Of a stretch of 64,000 nt of DNA, positions 37,596 through 52,199 are shown one piece after another. The notes beneath the pieces were generated by a model. The model did no database searches. It worked only from the letters and a program-made list of their open reading frames with translations, and was not told the DNA's origin. The stretch is from Auanema rhodensis. Its lineage: Eukaryota > Animalia > Nematoda. A program made the translations under genes and the position numbers. Position 1 is the stretch's first letter. Each line of letters starts with the position of its first letter. Where the stretch lies: assembly GCA_964057225.1 (NCBI GenBank), contig OZ059897.1, positions 12,772,001-12,836,000 of the forward strand. The letters run 5' to 3'.

Positions 37596-40500
37596 TCGAA
37601 TAAAAAAATAATAATTGAAAAAGTAACTGAAAGAATATAAATAAATGAGTAAGCTGTATTTGAAAAGAGTAAATTGCTTTAGCATTCCTTCGTGAAAACC
37701 ACATGAAATCGCATAATCCTCAAAGATCTATCGCCTTTTTTTCGAAGCGCTATAATAGCGGAGCAGACCTTGATGAACTAAAAAAGATAATTTAGTTCCT
37801 CACTTTCTTTCAATTTTTTATTTTCATGGAAAAATGAAGAAAACCAAGATCAACATGGGAATAAGTGACCAAGATTGAAGCATTCTAAGGGTTCAAATCA
37901 AGAAAAATACAATTGAAAAGAGTTTAAAGTACATTAGCACTCATTGAGCTTTATAAAAAAATGAGAAATAATCAATATTGTTTGAAAGACAATAATTTTC
38001 ATATTTTGTAATAAATAAAGAATATGTTGTAATGCAATCAAGCAATATGCAGCGAAAAAAATAAGAAAGTAGCAATTAAAAAATAAATAAATGAAATCTG
38101 AATATTTTTTAGGTAATGACCACAAAACGACTATAACAAAGAAATGCTGGTAACAGGTTGGGATCTAGAGCATTTCATGTGGGGTCTTAATGGGTCAGTA
38201 CCAGCTTGGCATACTGACGCGGATAGTCTCTGGACACAAGCCACAAGGGTACCAGACGGTCTATATCCATATAAGGACCGCCCCAACAGCCTTGGATAGG
38301 CAAAACGACAAAACTAAGAAGAAGAAGTAGAATTGTACGAATAAGATAGAGCGTAAGGTTGAATGAAAGAAGTGGATTTGTTGTACTAGAATTGAAAAGA
38401 AAAAAAAGAAGCAAAATGACAAGAAAAATAAGAAACTGGAGATGAGGTGTCGACATTTGCAGCACGCCTGGACTATGTTTTGAGGTTGTGTCTTACAAGT
38501 CAAAGGTTTCAATACACATATTTGATTAGAAGCTTATAGTCCGTTAGGTAGAAGGATTGTTTGCGATCACATTAGAGAAGCATCCCCTTTCTATTGTATA
38601 TGAATGTTTCTTCATCACACTCTACCCCTTGTCTACATCGACTGGTCGATGTCTTCGATGTCGAAGTTGTCATCGTCGCTATCTCCGTCGTTGTCGAGAA
38701 GAAGAAGAGAGAGAAAGTAGCTCTTAAATTAGAAGGAATAGAGATAGAAAAGGTGAAGAGGGTAAAGGACTGATGAAGAAAGAGAGTAAAAGCACATTGA
38801 GAAACATTGTACCGTGACATCCTTTAATGGAAGTTAAGAGAAAAGATGAACAAACTTTAACAAAGCAACGATGAGATGATCAGAGAGTCAAAAGCAAAAT
38901 AGATATAAGAAACACTCGAGGAAGAAGCACACGAAACAGTAGAAATCGTTTTTTTTTGCAGAACATTTTGATTTTTAAAAATTTGTTTAACTGTTCAATA
39001 TGATTTGCAAAAAAAGATCTAAGCTCAATGTTTTGTCGAAAATAGCCAAGAGTTAAGTTTTTGAAAATTACAGTTTGAACCCAAAATAAATTTAAACAGC
39101 AATATCAATGTACTAAACAGTTGTAAAAACAAAAAAACTGAAGAAAAGATGATATTTAGAATACATAGATCACGAAGTTATTTATAAAATCTATTCCTTG
39201 ATCTTCTATTTTATATTCTTACAATGATATTTATAACAATTTGTATGAAAAATATATATATTTAAGAGTAAAGTAGATAAATGTTTGAGATGAATCAGAA
39301 CATTAAGAAAACAATAAAGATATTTTAACCAATTAATAGACATTTGATTGGTTGAAACTGCTTGACTTTGTGCTACGTTTAACTGTCCTTTTGATGAGCA
39401 TTTTTTTTTCTTCTCAAGTGCTTCAACAAAAAAAAAAGAATGTTTTATCAAAAAATGTGTTAGTATCACATGTATTTGTTGTTTTGTTTCTTAAATTAAT
39501 TCATGTGATTAATTTTATTTAAGTTTTACTAATATGTACATAAAAACCATCATTTCATCATGAAGACGTTGATCAATAACCGAAGAATTAAATAAAATGA
39601 AAATCAATTAATGGTTTGAAAAATAACATAAATTACAATAAACGTTGTACATGATTTTCAGAAAATTGATTTTCATTTTATTTTTCTTCATCTTTGGCTT
39701 CTTACACTAAATTTTACAAGGTAATTATGACGAAGTAAAAAAAACGGGAAACTAATGATGAGAGAGGTCTACACTCTGGTCAATTATCTTTTTGTTTAGT
39801 TTTTTTTCAAGTAAAGTTCAAGTAAAGCTGTGATCGAAAGTCGGCAAAAAATCAATAAACCATATAAATTCTATTAATTTGATTTTTAAAGAACTTATTT
39901 AACATGATTATCAAGTTTCATATATATATCCAACCACACGGATTAATCGGATTTTGATTGTTAAACGATGAATTATGAATGAATAGTGAAACAATCTGTT
40001 AAAATTAAACAGAATAGATCATAAAGAGAGAGAGAAAAAAGAAAAATCTTTAAAGATAAAGACGAATATGAAAGTAAACAACATTGAAAACATTAATGCT
40101 ACTGCTGATCGAGAGGGATAATTGTGGTGCCGACAGTGAATACTAGAGTTGAAAATAAAAAATCAGAGAGGTCCTAGAGAGAAAAGCTTAATATCATCAA
40201 ACATAAGTTGATAAAGCTTTTGAATGAATGAAAGGAAATGGAAAAGCAAGAAGGAAAACAAGAAAAAACAAATAAAAAAAAGAAAGGATGAAAAACTTCG
40301 TAATTATAATCATTGAAAGACAATTAATTTTTTTGAAGTGAACTGCAATTGTTTGAGATTAAACTTCTGCGGATAACACTCAATTAGCAATTTTGGCATA
40401 GGAGTTATGGTTATTATTAATATAACAAACATTATAAACTTAGAATCTAAACTAAACTAAATGAAGACAAGAATAGTAGTACAACCGATCATTCAGTCTG

Positions 40501-42447
40501 AAAAAATAAAAATGAAGCACGTCACGTGCCGTCTCACGTCAAGTTTGAAGGCTGACGTTCACGTGAACTTCTCTTCATCAGTTTCAATTGTGTTCATCTT
40601 TATGTGAATTAGAAAAATCAATGAATTCTCTGCGTTTTCTGATCAAGTAACAGTGAATAAAGTGATAAATTTTCATGTTTTTAGATTATGGCGCCTTGAA
40701 GAAAAAAAAATTGTTACGCGAATTTCTGCTTCCACGCTTAGCATACGAATTCATCACTTTTTTTTAATCTTCTAACTATATTTAACTATAAATGACAATT
40801 CAATCGTAAACTGTAACATCAACCTGATGGTTATTGAACAGTGTCCGTTGAGGAAACAGAGGTGAAAACTTCTTGAATCAAACTGGTTTTAAAGGGTTTC
40901 CAGTCGCGTTTTTAGAGAGGTTAGCCTTTCTTCATCTTAACGCAGACTTTGATTTTTGGCAGAAATATTTCACAAAACTGATTAGCTTCATCATAAACAG
41001 AGATTTTTGTTTAGTTGTGAGGTAAAAAGAGTATTCGTGTGAGAATATAGTACGAACACAATCTCGTCTCGCAGGTTTGCCTTTCATATACTAGTCATGG
41101 ACCGCACAAGAAATAGTTGGCTTGTCAACGCCGTACAATCTCTCGATCTCGTCTGGTATCTAGCTGATCTCTTTCTCTCATATCTCATCAAGAAACAAAA
41201 TATTTCACTCTCTTTGCCTCTTTTTACAGATACACCCTATATGTCTGAATATAGCTACGACCTTCATAAGGCCCATTATCTCTCTCGTTCCATGTCGACT
41301 CGTCGGAATTAGACGATGACAACAGATGAACAGAAGCGAAGAGTGCGAGAAGAACGAATAGTAAAGGAGACAACATGAGAGAGAAAGAGAAAAGTGCTGG
41401 TCAAGCTAGTCAGCCATCGACGACATCAGAAAACGACGGCCTCTTTTGTATGAAAAAATAGCAAAGTGATTGAAGAGAATCAGATACTAACGGTATTAAA
41501 AGAACGAGCAGATGGTTTTTCAAAATTACTCGCAGCAACCCCCTTCTTTAGGTTTTGCTTAGCATACTCTTTTATTTTTGAAGCTATCTTCAATCCTCTG
41601 AATGAAAAAAAAACTTTTTTCCTTCTCTCTCTACCTCTTTCGCTCTCTTTTTCTCTCTTTCTCTCTATATATATGCAGAGAGAGATCTCTATTACTCTCC
41701 TTCACTTACTGTCTCACATTCTTTTTTTTATTTCTTTTTCAAAAGAAGTATTCCATAATTGGCAAAATTATTGAATACCGTCACTAATTTTTTTCTTCTC
41801 AAATAATTGCAAAATATGTCTGAAGCTGGATTTCATGAGAGACATAAATGTTATGAAAATCACGTAAAAATTGGAAAAAGAAAAGTTAAATGAATAAATT
41901 AGTTAGAACAGTTATAAGGCTGAAACAAACAATGTGGGGACATAATTTTGCATAAATTCTATGTACTATATTCGCTCTCAGCGCTCCATTAGAGAGTCAG
42001 AGGTCTTATATCTCTAGGTAAGATCGGAAAGGTGACAAGGGATCAGATCATCATGTATAGTATTGTCTTGAGGACGTCAACTTACGAAAAACTGAATATC
42101 GTTCACCTGGTTAACGACAAACCATATAAACAAGGAAGAAAAATAAAAACAACGCTGGCAATATTATGCGAAAATCAATTAAAAATCATTCCACTGAAAA
42201 TCATTTTTTCTTCAAAATTTTCATGATTAGGAGAACAGAGTAGTAGGATGGAAAATTGAAAATATTGAAGGCAAACTTTGAATGAAATAAAGAAAAGAAA
42301 AAAGAAGGATAGTTAAAGCAATCTAAGAAGAACGAAAAGAGAAAGAGAAGAGAAAGAGTAAGTGGCATCACTAGAGAATTGCATATTACAGGTGCTCATC
42401 TGAAGAATATTAAGAGAATACGGATATACTGATGTTCAAATTCAGTC

Positions 42448-42478
42448 GGGGATTTCGTTCAAATTGGTAGAGCCTCGG
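42448..42478 (+). pseudogene. Possible tRNA-Ala-like 5' fragment (A-box region only)
   Basis: GGGGATTTCGTTCAAATTGGTAGAGCCTCG resembles the tRNA-Ala 5' half GGGGATGTAGCTCAAATGGTAGAGCGCTCG. No 3' acceptor-stem partner is present. Confidence 0.25.
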
Positions 42479-43490
42479 GTCAATTTCTGCTGATTCATAA
42501 CAAGCGTTATTGGCTGCTGTTCAATTGATTATCGATAAAAGAAAATGACAAAGAAGATGAAAGAGATGGAGGAGAGAAAAAGATGATGAAGAAGAAGAAG
42601 AAGGAGACGACGATAGGGCGAAGAATAACATTGATAAGCAGCAATGTTGAATGGAACTACACAAATAAGGAATATGTAAGAGTCAGTCGGTATTGAAGTA
42701 GAAAATTGAAAGATTGATTAGAAAAGGAAATGATGAACGTGGTATTGATTGATCAGACTTTAAATACAACACCTTTCATTCATTTCTTTTTGCCGAAGGC
42801 AAAATGAAATTGCTAACATTGTCATCGTCATCATCATCACAATTGTCGTTGTCGTCGACATTTCGTCAAAATTGCGTCAAGCCTTTTTCGCGATAACTCT
42901 CCAGATTTTAGAGGTCTATCTGGAGGAACGATGATCAGTAGCCAGAGATGTTCGTATTTTCTTCCTATCTTTCTCTTTATTTGATACTCGGTTTCCACAG
43001 CCTAGAGGACTAACTGGAAGAATGAGTAGAAATTAGAGAGAGAGAAAAAGAAAAAGAGATATGGAGATAGAGAGAAAGAACGGGTGAACGAACAAGAGAA
43101 AGTAAAATGAAAACGGGTTCCTTTCATCATCACTATCTTTCATGTTGTATCCTCCTATCCGCTTTTGTTGGCCACAAGATAACCGTTACAGGGCATTCTT
43201 GATTCGTTAATACTATTATTTGGAGCATAATCACAACAGTATTTTTGCGGAAAAAAAGTTGATGATATCATACGGAAAAATTGAAGTCATTGTATTTCAT
43301 TTGTAGTTCATATTAGACAAGAATAATTGGAGAAGAAGGCATGAGGACCGCCATTCAATCAGACTAGCTCAGCGATAGATCCAATACCATCACCACATTA
43401 CAAAGACATCAATAAATAGTAAAAAGAGAGAATAGGTTAAAAGAAATCTGCGAAATAAGAAGGACAGAAAATGCATGAGAGGTTCAGCAT

Positions 43491-43495
<5 letters not shown>

Positions 43496-43550
<55 letters not shown>

Positions 43551-43557
43551 AGAGAGA
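43496..43557. repeat. (AG)n microsatellite
   Basis: About 60 bp of imperfect AG repeat; it explains the ER- and LS-repeat ORFs here. Confidence 0.95.
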
Positions 43558-44237
43558 AGTGGGGAGTCATCCCGGTCGACAACAGAAACAGAAGCTCGCA
43601 GTTTTAGTCGTTTGCATCGGTCCCAGTTCACAACGCGAACAACTTTATGTCAATAGAGACAAAGAAGTTGTGTGTATGTAAGTGAGCAAAAGGGTGGAAG
43701 GGTTGGTTGGTGGTAGGGTTAACGTTTGCGTGTAATGTGTCAGGTACTATTTACACCAACTGTTCAACATCTTGGCTTTTACAAGTAAAATTGGAGTTTT
43801 TCACGTTGATTTGTTGTTTATTCATGTATTTAAACTATATCAAAATCTTTAAATTTTCAGATAAAAAGAAGGTTTTTTAGAAATTGGTGTAAAGAGCACA
43901 ATTGATATTGGCAGAGATAAAAATCTTTAGAGAATAGAAAAGGTATTAAAAAAATAAGAAAAATGGTGTTAATGAAATTAAAACTTTAAAAAGAAAAAAA
44001 AAGTTTGGGAATAGAGAAGAAAAAGCTGAAAAGCGTGTAATTAATATAAGAAATAAATAATTGATAATTTTATAAGGAAATGATGAAAATAAAATGATTA
44101 TTATTCATAAAATCATATTTTGGTAGTTGTAGTAGTAGTAGCAGCAATATATAAGTAGCAATAGTCTACTGAATAACATGTAAAGTTTAAATTGATTAAC
44201 AAAAATAGAACAAGATATTAAATAAATAATAAATTAA

Positions 44238-44508
44238 GGCACGCCCACCAACAGAGGTGCTATTTCAACAAAAAAAAAGTTTTCTCGGAAATTCACACGC
44301 CTTATTAGGTGAGGAATGCATGGAATGGACGTCAAGAATGTCTAAAACCAACGACATGTTAGAATTGGGCGTGGCCATACTGTGCTACAGACGGTTAATG
44401 AAAGATTATACAGTATCGAGATGATACAGACATACAAACTATTCAAATATTATGCAGTTATTTTTGGATTTTATGGAAAAATGAGTGAGAATAAGAGGAG
44501 GGCGGAGT
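44238..44508. promoter_or_regulatory. Candidate egl-44 distal enhancer or promoter: tandem TEAD (MCAT) sites plus KLF/Sp GC boxes
   Basis: GGAATG-CAT-GGAATG at 44313-44327, CACGCCC at about 44240, GGGCGTGG at about 44367 and GGGCGG at about 44500, forming a GC-richer island in AT-rich DNA. Confidence 0.45.
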
Positions 44509-47500
44509 CAAATGAAGAAAAGAAAGATTCAGTTTGGATATATAGAAACTGATGTCAAATATGCAGGAGATAAGAAACATTTAAACATATATAAATATAA
44601 TAAAATATAATTATTAATTTCTCTTTTCTTGTAATTATAAATATATTATATTCATATAGTATAGTATATCGATTGTTTAGATATGTTATAGATTAGTGAA
44701 CATGAGATCAAAATACAATAAAAACCGAATTTACTTTAGAATGGACTTTAAAAATAATTTTATTTCAAAATATTTGAGTAACTTGATAATTAGTGATATA
44801 TTTTCTCAATCTGAAACACATATTCATGACAAACATATCAGTTTACTTCGATGGGCTGTTGAACTTGATTTAAAATTTTTGGAAACTTTTATGCTTTTTC
44901 AAAGTTTAATGCTTCAAGTATTATTGAAAATAATTATGTTATTGAAAAGTTTTTATGATTAATCTTAAAGTCATAGCTATTAAAAACATATTCGTAAGCA
45001 ATTTTATGAATCAATATTATCATTTCCAAATATTTTCTTTTCATCTATTTCAAAATTTGATAATTCATTCATGTTGCTTTTGAAAAAAAATCTTTTTTTT
45101 TGAGTAAAAAAGGATAATTTTTGATTGATCAAAACGTCCAATTCTGATAATCAGTACTTATCACTTATGGCATGGGGTTTATATCAAAAATGATGTCACT
45201 GATAGCTGGAAAAAATAGGTCCCATCGCTCAGTTTTCTACTTTATTTCCTTTCCACTCTCTCTCTCTCTTTCTTTTTTTTTGTTTATCTGTTCCTCAAGG
45301 TGCTTCTACAGTCATTAATATTATTTAATAAATTCATTGATAGAAGTTTCATCATAAACTTTCTCTCTCTGATACTACTTGGGATTAAATAGAAAATAGA
45401 AAAAAAGAGCAATAAATAAGAATAGAAGAAAGAATCTATAAACCTAATTAACTTTTTATTAAAAGTGAAGTTTCAAATATGTTAAATCATAAAGATAAGA
45501 GACTATTAAAAATCAGAGAAACATGCGAAAAAGTTTTTTTATAATTTTGGAAATAAAAAAAAATAATATAATCGCTCTCAGCTTGAAAACAAAACTTATT
45601 TGTGAAATTATTGAAACAAAATTTGAAGGTAAAGCTCAAAACTTGTTGCAAACACTTAAAGATAACGTGAGGTATCATGAAAAATTGTATAAACGTGAAG
45701 TTTTGTCTGACAGGAGGGGGTTCAAGACAAGCATTATCAAGCTTCTTCTCAACTTAAATTTTCACTTCCACCCTCTCTCAGCTTTTCTTTTTCTTTTTCT
45801 TTATTTCTCTCTCTTCAAAGAATAATAGTTGTTTCTCTATCGTTCTTTTTTCTGGCTGTCTATGACTAGCTCTTAACATATCTAGCAACTGTTGTGGAGA
45901 CAACAGATGAAGAGTTCTGACACAAGACTCGGCTTTTCTTTCAGTTTCATCTTATCTTCTGCGTCAGCCTGTTCCAGAATCGAGCACTCTTTCATTATAT
46001 CTCTTAAACAAGAAAACATCATGCTGTTCAAAGGTGAGAGAAAAAATCATTGCCAGAAATTCAAGAAAAAATTTCTAAAGGGCCGAAAGAAGCTTTCGAT
46101 TGAAAGCACACGGCCTACGAACGAATATTGAAATATTCAATCAAAATAAAAGAGATTTATCTTTGAGAATTTAGATAAATGAGAAAGGAGAAAAAATTTT
46201 ACAGAAAAATTGTATTAGTTCATGGAAAAGCTTCATATTGCATATCTTTTTTTATTTTTTGGCATTAAAACGAGGACTCTTCATCATCAAATGAGCTATT
46301 GATGTTCTCATTATATTCATTATGACATTTGTCAAAAAGCTGCTAAATCATCGTCAGCCTTATATACAACCTTTCTCACTTTGCTCAACATTCCGTAAAG
46401 CTTAAAAGTCAATGTTATATCATTAAAAAATGAAATTTTTCGTTTCGCTGTATTCATCATAATACTTGTCAAAACTTTTTTCTGCTGCTTTCAGCATCGG
46501 TAGAAAACGTCTGACGTTTCTCACTCACTAAATGTATTTTTTTCTTTGAAATGTAATAAAAGGAATTATTTTTCTCATGAAAAAAATGAAAAAAAAATAA
46601 TGACAGATCTGCCCAATATTTAATGACTAGGCTTGAGAAAATTTATTTTAAAAAAATGGAAACAACTCAAATAAAAAAAGTCTGCTGGACATATAGAATA
46701 TACTTGAAAATTGAAAATTGAAAACATAAAGGGGAAAAGCTTTTACAAAAAAAGCTACTGAACAGGCTATTCAAACTAAAAACATAAGGAATTTCATGAG
46801 GTTAAAGCTGCGCTGGAAAAATTAAATGTGACATGCTATGCATATAGAAGAAGTAGCTTTTGCTCCAGGTGTATATGTATAATAGCTCTGGAAGGTTTTT
46901 TGATTGACAAACCTATTTGCCTATTTAGAAGATTTTCAGATAGTTCTCAGATTTTTATTGTCATTTTTTGAGCTTTTTTTCTCTTCTGCATATTTCATTT
47001 TTTATTGAATTTTTACATGTAAACACATTTAAATTTTAATGTGATCTAAGTTACAAGAAAATGGAAAAAAAGTGATTCTTATGTTATTATTAAGATTATT
47101 CTAAAACTTTTTATTTTGTTTGAAATAGGGTTAAAATAATATTTTTTTACTAAAACGCGAATATCTACTAAAAATGAAAAATAAAACGGAGAAACTTTAT
47201 TTCAACTTTAAAATTATTTAATAAATATATATATTCATATACATATATGTATATACATATATGTATATGTATGTTTTTTTTATTTTACCATAGAATATAT
47301 GTATTTTTCATTGTTTGATAACCATATGACGTAAAACACTATAATTTTTTAAGAATAAAACCGTTTTTCTTTATTTCAATCGTTTGTTTGAATATAAATA
47401 TAGGTTATAAAAATCATGGATATTACATATATGTCCTTCATTCAAAACCTACTGAGCCTATTGTCGTTTTAAAAGGTTTCAAAGGTTTCAAAGTCATCTT

Positions 47501-50500
47501 TACCTTATTGGCTTGCTCACGAATTCACCTGTCAAATGTTGGATTCACAGGTGGGAAACCCACAGTTTCCATAAGGTATTGGCAGGTCAGCTAGGTTATA
47601 GATGTCATATTCGAATAGAAAATTCTAGTTTTCGTATAAATTATATGGTTTATATAATATTAATGATTCATTTCAAAAAAAAAAGAATCTTTATTTACTG
47701 TATCCTAAAAGCAAATGAAAGGCTTTAAAGTTATAATATAGGGTAGTGATCTTTTTTTTTCAATTAGACTGAGGAATAGGGGAGCTATTTCTAAGTTTTC
47801 TTTATTCTTAAAATAAATCTGCCAAGTTTTATCTCTATAATTATAATTTTTACAAATTTATAATTAATTTAAATATCAGGTGATTTTATTTTACATGAAT
47901 ATGTATATGATAGATGTATTATGACTTGTTTCATATTATATATTATAACTAGAATCTTAGCTCTTGAGCTAATAAAGCATGAATTATGAAATAATAAGTC
48001 AATATTCAGCTGATAATGTAATTTTAAAATTCATCAAACTATTTTTATCAGTCCATAATGTTATAAACGTTATAAAGTGCACGATACCGCATGAACTTCA
48101 CATTGTTTTCTGAAATTTGAAAAATTTATTTATGAATTAACAAACAATACGTATAAAATAATTATAAAAATGATCATATTTGATTATTTAAAATAGTTTA
48201 TATAATTAAATATGTATACTAAACTTATATAGATTACATTATGCTGATATTCTACCAAAAATACACAAATTCAAAACAATTTCTATGCAAAACCTGAGAT
48301 TTTGTAACCAAAATTAATGAAATGAATTTTAAGAACAATAAATAATGAAAAAAATTTGGAGAGGAGAGAAGGAAATGAAATTAAAACAAAAAAAATTTCT
48401 CAGACGTTCATTTAATAAAAATTTCTTAATTCATCTACATAAGTTGTATAGGTCTTTGCTCTTCCATTTGATCGTTCCGTCGACTAAAGCAATCCATGAA
48501 GTGAGAGCAACAAATGACACAAATGCACGTCAGAATTGCAAATATAGAAAGCACAGCTAATGTTGAAAAGAAATAAAGACCCTGAAAGTTTTTGTTTTAC
48601 ATCTGTTATCTATATCAATGAAATGTATTTTATAAAATTTTATTTATTTCTTTATAATATATGTGAATGAATTTCAATTCTTATGACATATAATACTTCA
48701 ACTGATTTTTCAATTCATACTTTTTCTTCTTTTTAGTTTTGAAAAAGATCCACTACGTTGACAAAGTAAAAGAAGACGAAAAAAGTAATGGGGAAATGTT
48801 CAAAAATAAATTTGAAACTAAGAAAGCTCATAGAATTAGAAAAGATACAAAGCCATATGATAGATAGGGGCTTTGAAATATTATTTTTTTTAAAAAGAAA
48901 AACAGAACAAACTAAAAGAGGAACAGAAAAAATAAGGAATTCATGTATGTAAAAGAACTGAATTTTTCTAGGAAAGAAAGAAAAGAAGAGAACTAGCCTG
49001 CAGAGTTGCTATAAATGAAGTTAATTGACTCTGGTTGAGAAAAATTTCAGACGACATATTTGAAATAACTGAAAATAAAAAAAAGTTTTCAATTCTTCAT
49101 TTCATTTCATAAAGTAAATGAAAATTTACTCAATTACTTTTTTTCTAAAATCCTAACATTTTATTTAAATTTTATTGATTTTTTTCTGATGTTCTAGTTT
49201 GGAAGCTTGACTAGTATCTACTTGTTTACCATGAAAAATAATAAAAAAAGCTAAAAAATACATAAAATTCTGAGATTTTCATAATATTTTATTAAAAATA
49301 TAATTCAAATACAAATAAATATTAATATTTAAAAGTTAAACCAACCAAAATTACTTCTAGAAGTTAATTTGTTGAAAGTTTATACGTAGTTAGAACAAGG
49401 CGATCCTGCTTGCGAAGAAGAAGAAGAAGATGAGAATCGTCGAGGGACAGAAGAAGGGCGGGAAGGCAGCTCTGTGGAGAAAAAAAACGTTTGACTTCTA
49501 TGGCCATAACGAATCCGGAATCCATTAAGTCCCTAGGGAACTATCAATATGTTACGAGGAATAATTGCAATGGAAACACTAAAAAATTAATTTTTGATGA
49601 CAGAATGACACCATAGTTGATAGTTCGTTTATTAAATGTTCTTTTGTAACTAAATTAAATTAAATACCCATTATTTATATTATTTAGTTGTTTGTTTGTA
49701 TTTTGAACAAACAATAAAAAATATATAAATATTTATAATTTGTAAGATTAGCATTTAATTAAGTTTAATCAAAAATGTGCAAATTTATCAAATTATACAG
49801 CTCAAAAAATGCAATATTCGATCGAATTGAACAAATTGATAGATTGAAAAAATAATAATTTTATTAAGAAATAATCTATATAATTGTAAATATATATAGT
49901 TCGTTCGATATAATATTTGTATGAGAAAACAACAATAAAAACAAATAATAATATTTAAAGATTTTCCCTAATTCGGACAAAATAATTGTGCAAAATCTTT
50001 CTTCTTTTTTTTTGTTTGAAAGAAATAGAATGTTAATCTATCCTATTCTCATTGAAAAATGCCAATGAAATATCATGAGCTTAATAAAAATTCGATTTAG
50101 GAGATTTTCAAAGTTTTTTCCCAATGGTTAAATAGGAATTATTTACCAGATAGGTATAGTTCATTGATACATCTGACTGATGCATATCCGGTTGTTTTCC
50201 AAATAATGTATTCCACTGAGTTGTCAACTCTATATTTGAAGATTCCATATTTGGATGTTGGAATTTGTTCCGAGCTCAGCCACTCCCTCCCTCATATTAC
50301 TACAAAGCCTCTATTGTAGTATAGTGATTAACATTTAGGTAAAATTAATTTTGATTTCTATTTCATTTCCTTGATTGCCACAAAATAATTTTAAAAGGAA
50401 ACGATATATCCTCCCACCTCTTCAGTATTGGTTTAAGCATGCTTTTCAAAAGCTGTCAATGTTTTTATACAAATTTTGGAAGTTCATTACATAAATCTTT

Positions 50501-52199
50501 CATGAATTTTGACCAATTTATTTTTTTTTTGCAGAATTATATGAAAATCATTTGGAAGAAAACTACAACTCTTATACTATTATTTCATCCACCAAATTTC
50601 AAAATTTTTATATTTTTTGACTAATTTTTTCATTTTTTTTTGTGTCATACTATATAGTATATGTTAACTAGCATATACAATTAAGTAACACATTGTTCAC
50701 TAATAGATGATACAATTTAAATTTTTTTGAAATGATTAAACAAACTAAAAAAATTATTTTATCAATACCTTTACTATTTACGATAACTAACTATAGCTAT
50801 TGAATAAAAAAGAAATTAGATTTTATTTATGTTGTTATCATCAATGAATAACAGAAGATAGTAACTTCTTTATTCTTGTAACATTTCCTGAATTATTGTG
50901 CTAAATCTTGAAAAATCTTATCTTACACTCATTTTTACTAATTATAATTCATTTAATATAATATATTCTATACTTTATTTCTTTATATACATAGATATGA
51001 ATATAATATATAATTTCTCTTTCTCTAGAACATTCTTTATGATATTTCAATGAAATCATTAATGAAGTAAATCTAGCTTATATACTTACTATACGATTAA
51101 CTTCTGATCATTAATAAAGTTTAAAATATCTTTAAAATCTTTTTATATACAAATCTTATTCTCATTTATATTTTTTATAATTATTTCGTCATAATCTTTA
51201 TATTAAAGAAATGAGAGATTTCAAATTTCTTAATAAATGAATATTCGTTTATAAAATTAAACCAAAGAAAATGAGAATATATAATAATACTACACCAATG
51301 ATAAATAATGCAAACTTCCTAAAAATCAAATGTTATATTTTCCCGGAAGAAGAGTAAAAAAAGAGAAAAAAAGAAGATGAAGATGACGAAGAAGAGAAAA
51401 ATAGTGCTGAATTTGTTGTGCTAACGTTTCTAAGAGTTCTGCATTCAGAATGAGGAACCACGTGTTACAAATAAAAAATACCAAAATATATATTCAGCGC
51501 TTTCTCTTTTTCTTTAAAACTTCTCCCTTTTTAATGATTTCAACTTTCTTTTGAAACATTTAAATTAAAGAAACAGAAGAGGTGAGGGTGAATAGTAGAG
51601 CGAACTATAATTGTTCTTCCTGTACTTCCATAGATTTCAAATAAAAGTGTATTTCCGGAGGAAATAATGAAAGAATATGAAATTATTATTTGATATTTTT
51701 ATATGAAAAAGTTCAGTTTTACTTACAAATATAAATATTATATAAAAGTTTATAAATTAATAATAAGTATGATTCTTCTTCATTTATGAATATTTTCTTT
51801 TTACAACTTGAACTTCAACTTGAAGTTCTTTAACTAAAAGTCGCTGTGATGGACATCAGTGTCATGATGAGATCTTAAGATTACTCAGCAATAAGACATT
51901 TTCATATAAGACGTCACTATATAAGGTGAAATAGAAGGAAATTTCATTTGAACATTCTGAGTTGTTAGTCTTTAACATATGTGATGTGTTAAGGCTTTGT
52001 GTGTACTCTAATCTCATTATTATAGATATTTGTCATCAGAGAACATGTTGCTTTCCGTTTCTTTTATATGCCGAATGACAAATAAATTTACTATTTCTAG
52101 TTCTACTACTTCTCAAACTTAACTTCTGATCCCACGCATTTAATTTTTACTTCTGTCTTTTGTTATCTTTAGATGCATAGGATTTAATTCAATTGTTTC

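Noticed and set aside
43437-43681. ER- and LS-repeat ORFs (also 37158-37704 and the 3' part of 16638-16949)
   Set aside because: Artefacts of AG/CT microsatellites and pyrimidine tracts.
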